Source of the DNA: Acidobacteriota bacterium
GTDB lineage: Bacteria > Acidobacteriota > Vicinamibacteria > Vicinamibacterales > CAVVIG01
Assembly (NCBI GenBank): GCA_003222395.1
Contig: QHWB01000051.1
Location: 7,452-71,451 of the forward strand
Reading direction: 5' to 3'
Length of the DNA: 64,000 nt
Shown: one piece after another, positions 57,879 to 64,000 of the stretch
Numbering within the stretch: the first letter of the stretch is position 1
How the letters are laid out: each line of letters starts with the position of its first letter
Position numbers and translations under genes: made by a program
The notes under the pieces: model-generated
What the model saw: the letters and a program-made list of their open reading frames with translations, nothing else
The model's database searches: none
What the model was told of the DNA's origin: nothing

Positions 57879-58337
57879 ATGAAGGACACTCAGAAGGCGG
57901 GCGCGGAACAGCGGATGTCCCGGTCCCGCTATACCGAACTCAGGAAGATGCTGGAGGACCGCCGGCGCCAAATCCAAGCCGAGGTCCAGGGAAAAATGCG
58001 CGGTGTTCGCGAAGAGGGCAGCTGGGGCGGGAAGCTGAACGAAGTGGTCGACGCTGTCGAGAGCGCCGAAGCGGACATCCAGGAGGACATCGAGTTCGCC
58101 CTGGTGCAGATGAAGTCCGAGACGCTCAACAAGATCAACGACGCCCTGACGCGCCTCGAGCACGGCGACTATGGCTTCTGCTTCGATTGCGGTGAAGAGA
58201 TCGCCGAGAAGCGGCTTCGCGCGTTACCATTCGCCGTCCGCTGCAAGGACTGCGAAGAGGCGCGCGAGAACGCCGAACGGCGCGAGCGGCAGCTCGCCAC
58301 TCGCCGCGGCGCTTCGTCGCTGTTCCTCGACATGTAA
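57879..58337 (+). CDS. DksA/TraR-family C4 zinc-finger regulator
   Basis: Coiled-coil N-part, CFDCGEEI..RCKDC four-Cys finger; 152 aa. Confidence 0.85.
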   Translation: MKDTQKAGAEQRMSRSRYTELRKMLEDRRRQIQAEVQGKMRGVREEGSWGGKLNEVVDAVESAEADIQEDIEFALVQMKSETLNKINDALTRLEHGDYGFCFDCGEEIAEKRLRALPFAVRCKDCEEARENAERRERQLATRRGASSLFLDM

Positions 58338-58460
58338 TACCCCGTTCCGATCGCGGATCGCGGATGGGGATAGCCGACCGAGCGCGGTCCCCATCCGCGG
58401 CCGCCGCTCCCGGTCTGCCATCCCCACCCGACAATCCGCAATCCAGAAAGGATCGCCGAT

Positions 58461-60923
58461 ATGAGCGATCACATCGAGAACCTCAAGCCGGAGGACATCT
58501 CGATCGGCGATCGGCCGCTCTCGATTCCGTCGGAGCTGCCGATTCTGCCGCTTCGGGACACGGTCCTCTTTCCGAATTCGTTCATGCCGCTCGCGGTCGC
58601 GCGCGAGAGCTCCGTGCGCCTCATCGACGACGCGATCGCGAACGGCAAGCTCATCGCCGTCTTCACGCAGCGCGATGCCGCCGTCGAGGAGCCGGGGCAG
58701 GACGATCTGTACCCGGTCGGCACCGCGACGCACATCCACAAGATGTTCAAGCTGCCCGACGGCAGCCTTCGTCTCATCGTGCAGGGGCTCGCGCGGCTGC
58801 GCCTCGGGTCGATCGTCGCGACGCAGCCGTACCTGCGCGCGCAGGTGAGCGCGGCCGTCGAGGACACCAACGACGCTGATCGCCTCGAGATCGACGCGCT
58901 CGCGCGCAACATCAAGACGAACTTCCAGCAGGTGGTGTCGCTGTCGCCGCTGCTCTCCGACGACCTGCAGACGCTCGCCGTGAACATCACCGAGCCCGGA
59001 CGCCTCGCGGACTTCATCGCCTCGTCGCTGTCGACCATCAGCACGCAGACCAAGCAGGAGGTGCTGGAGACGCTCGACATTCGCGAACGCCTCGACAACC
59101 TGAATCGGATCCTCATCAAGGAGCTCGAGGTGCTCGAGCTCGGCTCGAAGATTCAGTCGCAGGTGCAGTCGGAGGTCGGCAAGAACCAGCGCGAGTACTT
59201 CCTGCGCGAGCAGATGAAGGCGATTCAGAAGGAGCTCGGCGAAGGCGACGACCAGACCAAGGAAGTCGAGGAGCTCCAGGAGAAGATCGAGGCCGCCGGC
59301 ATGCCGGAGTTGGTCAAGAAGGAGGCGCTGCGCGAGCTCGATCGCTTGTCGAAGATGCCGGTGGCGGCGGCGGAGTACACCGTCTCGCGCACGTATCTCG
59401 ACTGGATCGTTGCGCTGCCGTGGAACAAACGCACCGACGAAGTGATCGATCTGCCGAAGACCAAGCAGGTGCTCGACGCCGATCATTCGGGCCTCGAGCG
59501 CGCGAAGGATCGCATCCTCGAATATCTTGCGGTTCGCAAGCTCAATCCCGAGGTGAAGGGTCCGATCCTCTGCTTCGTGGGTCCTCCCGGCGTCGGCAAG
59601 ACGTCGCTGGCGCGATCGATCGCCGAATCGCTCGGCCGCAAGTTCGTCCGCGTGTCGCTCGGCGGCATGCGTGACGAGGCCGAAATCCGCGGCCACCGCC
59701 GGACTTATATCGGCGCCCTGCCCGGTCAGGTGATTCAGGGTCTGCGCCGCGCCGAGTCGAAGAATCCGGTATTCATCCTCGACGAGATCGACAAGCTCGG
59801 ATCGGACTTCCGCGGCGATCCGGCGTCGGCGCTGCTCGAGGTGCTCGACCCGGAGCAGAACAACACGTTTCGGGATCACTATCTCGACGTGCCGTTCGAT
59901 CTGTCCGAGGTGCTGTTCATCACGACGGCCAACGTGCTCGATCCCGTTCCGCCCGCGTTGAAGGACCGAATGGAAGTGCTCGAGATCGCCGGCTACACCG
60001 AGGAAGAGAAGCTGAAGATCGCCACCGATCACCTCGTCGACAAGCAGGTGAAGAACCACGGGCTGACCGTGGACTACATCCGCTTCACGCCCGACGCGCT
60101 GCGCCAGGTGATTCGCGGGTACACGCGCGAAGCGGGCGTCCGCAACCTCGAGCGCGAGATCGGATCGCTCTGCCGCAAAGTGGCGCGCCGCCGCGCCGAA
60201 GGCAACGAAACGCCGATGGAGGTCACGCCCGACGTCGTCGTCGAGATGCTCGGCGCACCGAAGTTCCTCGACGAGGAGATGGAAGAGCGCACGAAGGATC
60301 CCGGCGTCGCGATCGGCCTCGCGTGGACGCCGGCGGGCGGCGAAGTGCTGTTCATCGAAGCGTCGCGGATGACCGGAGGCGGAACGCTGACGCTCACCGG
60401 GCAGCTCGGCGACGTGATGAAGGAATCGGCGCGCGCGGCGCTCTCGTGGCTTCGCACGCACGCGAGGGAGTACAACATCGACCCCGACTTCTTCAAGAAC
60501 GCCGAGATGCACGTACACGTGCCGTCCGGCGCCATTCCGAAGGACGGTCCGTCGGCCGGCGTCACCATGGCGACGGCGATGGCGTCGGAGCTGACCGGTC
60601 GTCCGGTGCGCGGCGACGTCGCGATGACCGGCGAGCTCACCCTCTCGGGGCGCGTGCTGCCGATTGGAGGCGTGAAGGAAAAGGTGCTCGCGGCGCGCCG
60701 CGTCGGTATTCGCGAAGTGATTCTGCCGAAGCAGAACGCAAAGAACGTCAACGAGGATCTGACGCCGGAGCTGCGGCAGGATCTGACGATCCATCTCGTG
60801 TCGTCGATTGACGAAGTGCTCGCCCTCGCGCTGCAGCCCGTGTCGTCCGACATGCGTCCGCCGAAGAAGCTTCCGAAGGAGCCGGACGCCAAGCCGAGCG
60901 CGCCCGTCGCGGCCCGTCCGTAA
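58461..60923 (+). CDS. lon: ATP-dependent endopeptidase La
   Basis: LON N-domain, [15 protein letters not shown], protease domain [14 protein letters not shown] with catalytic Ser; 820 aa. Confidence 0.97.
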   Translation: MSDHIENLKPEDISIGDRPLSIPSELPILPLRDTVLFPNSFMPLAVARESSVRLIDDAIANGKLIAVFTQRDAAVEEPGQDDLYPVGTATHIHKMFKLPDGSLRLIVQGLARLRLGSIVATQPYLRAQVSAAVEDTNDADRLEIDALARNIKTNFQQVVSLSPLLSDDLQTLAVNITEPGRLADFIASSLSTISTQTKQEVLETLDIRERLDNLNRILIKELEVLELGSKIQSQVQSEVGKNQREYFLREQMKAIQKELGEGDDQTKEVEELQEKIEAAGMPELVKKEALRELDRLSKMPVAAAEYTVSRTYLDWIVALPWNKRTDEVIDLPKTKQVLDADHSGLERAKDRILEYLAVRKLNPEVKGPILCFVGPPGVGKTSLARSIAESLGRKFVRVSLGGMRDEAEIRGHRRTYIGALPGQVIQGLRRAESKNPVFILDEIDKLGSDFRGDPASALLEVLDPEQNNTFRDHYLDVPFDLSEVLFITTANVLDPVPPALKDRMEVLEIAGYTEEEKLKIATDHLVDKQVKNHGLTVDYIRFTPDALRQVIRGYTREAGVRNLEREIGSLCRKVARRRAEGNETPMEVTPDVVVEMLGAPKFLDEEMEERTKDPGVAIGLAWTPAGGEVLFIEASRMTGGGTLTLTGQLGDVMKESARAALSWLRTHAREYNIDPDFFKNAEMHVHVPSGAIPKDGPSAGVTMATAMASELTGRPVRGDVAMTGELTLSGRVLPIGGVKEKVLAARRVGIREVILPKQNAKNVNEDLTPELRQDLTIHLVSSIDEVLALALQPVSSDMRPPKKLPKEPDAKPSAPVAARP

Positions 60924-60934
60924 GGACGGACCTC

Positions 60935-62041
60935 GTGTCCGCCCGCATCGTCTACTCGGCCCGGTATCGCGTCGATATCGGGCCGCACGTTTTTCCAACC
61001 AGGAAATACGATCTCGTCTACGACGCGCTTGGCCGCCCGCCCGCAGTCGATCCGCCGCCGGCCACGTGGGAAGATCTCTCCCTCGTCCACACGACGGAGT
61101 ATCTCGAGAAGCTCCGAACCGGCACGATGTCGGAGGAGGACGTCGCACAGCTCGAGCTGCCGTGGTCGCCGGAAATGGTCGAAGGATTCCGGGTGATGGT
61201 GGGCGGAACGATCCAGGCCGCTCTGTTCGCCTGCGGTCTGTCCGCCGACAGCACGACGCAGAGACCGCAGAGCCAAGAATCTTCAGCGGCGCCGGAAGGC
61301 CAAGAATTCTCTGCTGACTCTGCGATCTCCGCGTTCAACGTTGGCTGTCACATCGGTGGAGGGCTCCATCACGCATTTCCGAATCACGGCGAAGGCTTCT
61401 GCCCGTTCAACGACGTCGCCGTCGCGGTGCGCGTGCTGCAGCATCGCGGCGTCGGGCGCATCGCGATCGTTGACCTCGACGTACACCATGGGAACGGTAC
61501 GGCATTTATTTTCGGCGGGGCCCCACCCCCGCCGCAGACGCGCTCGGGCCGTAGCCCTCGCGCGTATCAAGAACAGAACGTCACACACGCAAATGTGTTC
61601 ACCTTCTCGATGCACCAGCAGCACAACTACCCGATGTGGAAGCCCCGCGGGTCCCTCGACGTCGGCCTGCCCGACGGTGCGCGCGACGCGACGTTTCTCG
61701 GCGAGCTCGAGCGCGCGCTGCCGAAGGTCGCCGCGCATCGGCCGCAATGTGTGTTCTATCTCGCCGGAGCGGATCCGTACGAGGACGATCAGCTCGGTGG
61801 ACTGCGGTTGACGAAGCAAGGTCTGAGGCGCCGCGATCGCCTCGTCATCGACACCTTCCGGATCGCGGGCGTTCCGATCGTCGTCACGCTCGCTGGCGGC
61901 TACGCGCGGCGGGTCGAAGACACCGTCGCAATCCACGTCGCCACGATCGAAGAAGCTATGGGCGCGGGGGCTGCGTCGGGACCGCCAACAGCACCGCCTC
62001 GAGCCGATCGGGGCCGACAGGCTTCGTCAGGTGAAGGTTGA
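60935..62041 (+). CDS. histone-deacetylase-family (class II/APAH-like) deacetylase carrying two in-frame repeat insertions
   Basis: GGGLHHAFPNHGEGFCPFNDVAV, VDLDVHHGNGT, VFTFSMH, LAGADPYEDDQLG motifs. GTG start 12 nt after the lon stop. Confidence 0.85.
   Translation: MSARIVYSARYRVDIGPHVFPTRKYDLVYDALGRPPAVDPPPATWEDLSLVHTTEYLEKLRTGTMSEEDVAQLELPWSPEMVEGFRVMVGGTIQAALFACGLSADSTTQRPQSQESSAAPEGQEFSADSAISAFNVGCHIGGGLHHAFPNHGEGFCPFNDVAVAVRVLQHRGVGRIAIVDLDVHHGNGTAFIFGGAPPPPQTRSGRSPRAYQEQNVTHANVFTFSMHQQHNYPMWKPRGSLDVGLPDGARDATFLGELERALPKVAAHRPQCVFYLAGADPYEDDQLGGLRLTKQGLRRRDRLVIDTFRIAGVPIVVTLAGGYARRVEDTVAIHVATIEEAMGAGAASGPPTAPPRADRGRQASSGEG
61240..61341. repeat. hairpin repeat inserted in frame in the deacetylase gene
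   Basis: Inverted arms CGCAGAGACCGCAGAG / CTCTGCTGACTCTGCG, internal direct GCCAAGAAT x2 and CTTC-AGCGGCGCCG-GAAG hairpin. Encodes LSADSTTQRPQSQESSAAPEGQEFSADSAISAFNV. Confidence 0.7.
61513..61600 (+). repeat. composite structured repeat element, copy B, in frame in the deacetylase gene
   Basis: CGGCGGGG-CCCCAC-CCCCGCCG, then CAGACGCGCTCGGGCCGTAGCCCTCGCGCGTATCAAGAACAGAACGTCACACACGCAAATGTGTT. Collinear with 37463-37484 plus 37534-37600. Confidence 0.8.
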
Positions 62042-62366
62042 ATCCCGCCTCGAGCGCCTTACGGCGATCGTCCGGGTGTCCCCATCCGGTCACCGCAATC
62101 AGATGCACCGATGATAGAGACGCGTCGGCGCGGAATCGCCGGGCGACCTCGTAGCCGTCGATGCCGCCGGGCAGTCCGATGTCGCACAGGAGGACGTCCG
62201 GCCGCTCTTCCCGTGCAGCCGCGATCGCATCCCGCCCGAGATGCACGACGCGCGCGCGGTGCCCGAGGAGATCGAGGAGCGCGCGGAGCGTCCGGGCGAC
62301 GTCGACGTCGTCCTCGACGACGAGCACGCTCAGCGAGCGGGCGGCGCTTCGTTTTTTCGCGCGCAC
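61956..62366 (-). CDS. single-domain response regulator (CheY-like receiver)
   Basis: VLVVEDD, phospho-acceptor LLCDIGLPG, LTKPV. GTG start. 3' end overlaps the deacetylase tail by 86 nt. Confidence 0.8.
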   Translation of the reverse strand: MRAKKRSAARSLSVLVVEDDVDVARTLRALLDLLGHRARVVHLGRDAIAAAREERPDVLLCDIGLPGGIDGYEVARRFRADASLSSVHLIAVTGWGHPDDRRKALEAGFNLHLTKPVGPDRLEAVLLAVPTQPPRP

Positions 62367-62489
62367 GCCTCAAGTGTGACCCAAATTGCTGAGCTAGAAT
62401 CGGACACGACCTAAAATCGCGTGCATCCATGGTCCGCGGACGCCCCTCCCATGAACGCGTTGTTTCGGACAGAAGCGGACCCGACGAAC

Positions 62490-62993
62490 CTAAATGAGCG
62501 TTAAGGCGTATGCCGTTTTCAAGTCGATGATCTCGCCGCGCGCCACCATGGTCCTCGCCTGGTCGACGGTGACGCTGCGCGCCTCAATGTCCTCGTCCTC
62601 ATCCGGTTTGTGAGGTGAGTCGGCCGGCGGCTGCCGAAGGTCGGACAGTCGAAAGAAAATCATCTGTTCGTCACAGTAGCCGGGAGTGGGGAACAGCGCG
62701 GCGAGCCGTTCGACGCGCTGCGGCACACGTCCGATTTCCTCCTCGCACTCGCGCCGTGCCGCCGCCTCGGCGCTTTCGTCCGGGTCGAGGCTTCCCGCCG
62801 GAAATTCCCATGTCTCGCGATCGATTGGCGCGCGGTACTGCTTGATCACCACCACGCGTCCATCGTCTTCGAGCGGGATGAGCACGACGCTTGGCGGATG
62901 GCGGACGATGGCGACCTCGTGCTCGCGGCCGTTCGGAAAGCGCTTCTTGTCGACCTCCACGGAAAAGACGCGGCTGTTGAAGACGATTGGCAT
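62490..62993 (-). CDS. NUDIX hydrolase (ADP-ribose pyrophosphatase-like)
   Basis: Nudix box GSLDPDESAEAAARRECEEEIG. Confidence 0.85.
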   Translation of the reverse strand: MPIVFNSRVFSVEVDKKRFPNGREHEVAIVRHPPSVVLIPLEDDGRVVVIKQYRAPIDRETWEFPAGSLDPDESAEAAARRECEEEIGRVPQRVERLAALFPTPGYCDEQMIFFRLSDLRQPPADSPHKPDEDEDIEARSVTVDQARTMVARGEIIDLKTAYALTLI

Positions 62994-63013
62994 TGGTCTC
63001 CCTTCCGCTCGGC

Positions 63014-63054
63014 TGAAAGCCTCGCTCTACAAGCGGTAGCGCGAGCCTTTTAGG
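63014..63054. repeat. REP-like inverted pair CTGAAAGCCTCGCTCTAC / GTAGCGCGAGCCTTTTAG
   Basis: 15 of 18 complementary. Same core as 43480-43526. Confidence 0.75.
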
Positions 63055-63079
63055 CGAGCGTCCGTTGCAAGCGCTCTTT

Positions 63080-64000
63080 TCAGGCGAATGTGCTCTCGCG
63101 CAGCTCGTTCAGCACGCGCTCGAGGTCCTCCGGCAGCGGGCTCTCGAACTCCATGCGGCGGCCGTCGGACGGATGCGTGAACGCGAGCCGCGCGGCGTGC
63201 AGGAAAGGGCGCGACAGGTGGGTGACCGCGCGCAGGTCGCCCGGCACGTGGCGATGGACGCCGCCGTACTGCGAATCGCCGACGACTGGGTGGCCGATGG
63301 CGCTCAGATGGACGCGGATTTGATGCGTACGGCCGGTGTGGATCGCGACGTGCGCCAGCGTGAGCGCGCGTCCAAACGCTTCGGTCCGCACGATGCGGGT
63401 GACCGCTTCACGACTGCGACGTGATTTCGCCGACATCTTCTTGCGATCGACATGATCGCGTCCGATCGGCGCGTCGATGCGGCGTCCCGGCATCACCTCG
63501 CCCCACACGAGCGCGACATATTCCTTCTCGACCTCGCGATCGTGGAACTGACGCGCGAGCTCCTCGTGCGCCTTGTCGTGCTTCGCAACGACCATCAGCC
63601 CCGACGTGCCGCGATCGAGGCGGTGCACGATGCCCGGACGCTTCTCGCCGCCGATGCCGCTGAGATCGTCGACGTGGTACAGGAGCGCGTTGACGAGCGT
63701 TCCTCCTGAATGGCCCGCGGCGGGATGCACCACCATTCCGGCTGGTTTGTCGACGACGATGACGTCCGCGTCCTGATAGAGGATCGGCAGCGGCAGCGCC
63801 TCGGGCTGCGGCGCCGCCTCGACCGGCGCCGGGACGTCGACGGCGATCTCCTGACCCGGCTTCACCGGCTGATTCGCCTTGGCTTCCCGCCCGCCAACCC
63901 GCACGTGTCCATCTTTGATGAGGCGCTGGATCTGCGATCGGGAGTGATCGCCGAGCACGGACGCGAGGAAACGATCGAGGCGAATGCCGTCCGCGTCTGG
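63080..64000 (-). CDS. rluD: RluA-family 23S rRNA pseudouridine synthase (RluD-like); 5' end outside window
   Basis: S4 domain continues in frame to the window edge (..DGIRLDRFLASVLGDHSRSQIQRLIKDG). HRLDRGTSGLMVVAK catalytic Asp motif. Confidence 0.9.
   Translation of the reverse strand, partial: PDADGIRLDRFLASVLGDHSRSQIQRLIKDGHVRVGGREAKANQPVKPGQEIAVDVPAPVEAAPQPEALPLPILYQDADVIVVDKPAGMVVHPAAGHSGGTLVNALLYHVDDLSGIGGEKRPGIVHRLDRGTSGLMVVAKHDKAHEELARQFHDREVEKEYVALVWGEVMPGRRIDAPIGRDHVDRKKMSAKSRRSREAVTRIVRTEAFGRALTLAHVAIHTGRTHQIRVHLSAIGHPVVGDSQYGGVHRHVPGDLRAVTHLSRPFLHAARLAFTHPSDGRRMEFESPLPEDLERVLNELRESTFA

Noticed and set aside
61956-62041. 86-nt convergent overlap of the deacetylase and response-regulator 3' ends.
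   Set aside because: Both tails beyond the conserved domains are low-complexity (Pro/Ala/Gly-rich) and probably reflect late stop codons in GC-rich sequence. There is no evidence of functional antisense regulation.

Overview
GC-rich (about two-thirds G+C by eye, not computed) 64-kb chromosomal segment of a diderm bacterium. I can support 57 protein-coding genes (two cut by the window edges), one TPP riboswitch, several intrinsic terminators and promoters, and a dense population of intergenic repeats. Gene content is core housekeeping: three tandem HlyD adaptors, a DinG-like helicase, glyA, rpiB, rlmI, thiC, htpX, a ClpA-like ATPase, accD-folC-lptD, ddl, tgt-yajC-secD-secF, uppP, membrane pyrophosphatase, tonB-exbB-exbD-exbD, a large TonB-dependent receptor, rel/spoT, ridA-rpmB, dksA-like-lon, a deacetylase and rluD. 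The CarboxypepD_reg-type TonB receptor, HEAT-cyclophilin lipoprotein and GT-C membrane proteins are reminiscent of Acidobacteriota-like soil bacteria (inference only). I saw no rRNA, tRNA, CRISPR, transposase, integrase, phage or recognisable defence genes. Worth a second look: (1) a structured composite repeat element in the ddl-tgt spacer (37463-37604) recurs in frame inside a deacetylase gene (61513-61600). It also occurs inverted as the open linker joining an AlkD-like gene to a DUF3052-like gene (9309-9399), with compensatory base changes between copies. A second hairpin repeat is inserted in frame in the same deacetylase (61240-61341). This resembles the behaviour of Rickettsia palindromic elements. 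(2) Long intergenic hairpins built from locus-specific 7-14-nt units, several between genes of one operon, plus G-run heptamer arrays at mRNA 3' ends. (3) A fused VTE5-like/VTE6-like (prenol kinase plus prenyl-phosphate kinase) membrane protein translationally coupled to a ChlG/DGGGPS-like UbiA prenyltransferase in an lptD-linked envelope operon. (4) A TPP riboswitch split by a ~106-nt insertion, driving thiC plus a GT-C membrane protein. (5) A 16-codon poly-lysine ORF with its own promoter, ~170-nt leader and terminator. (6) A near-consensus sigma54 promoter ahead of dksA-like-lon-deacetylase. All calls rest on reading the sequence and on motif memory; no searches were run.
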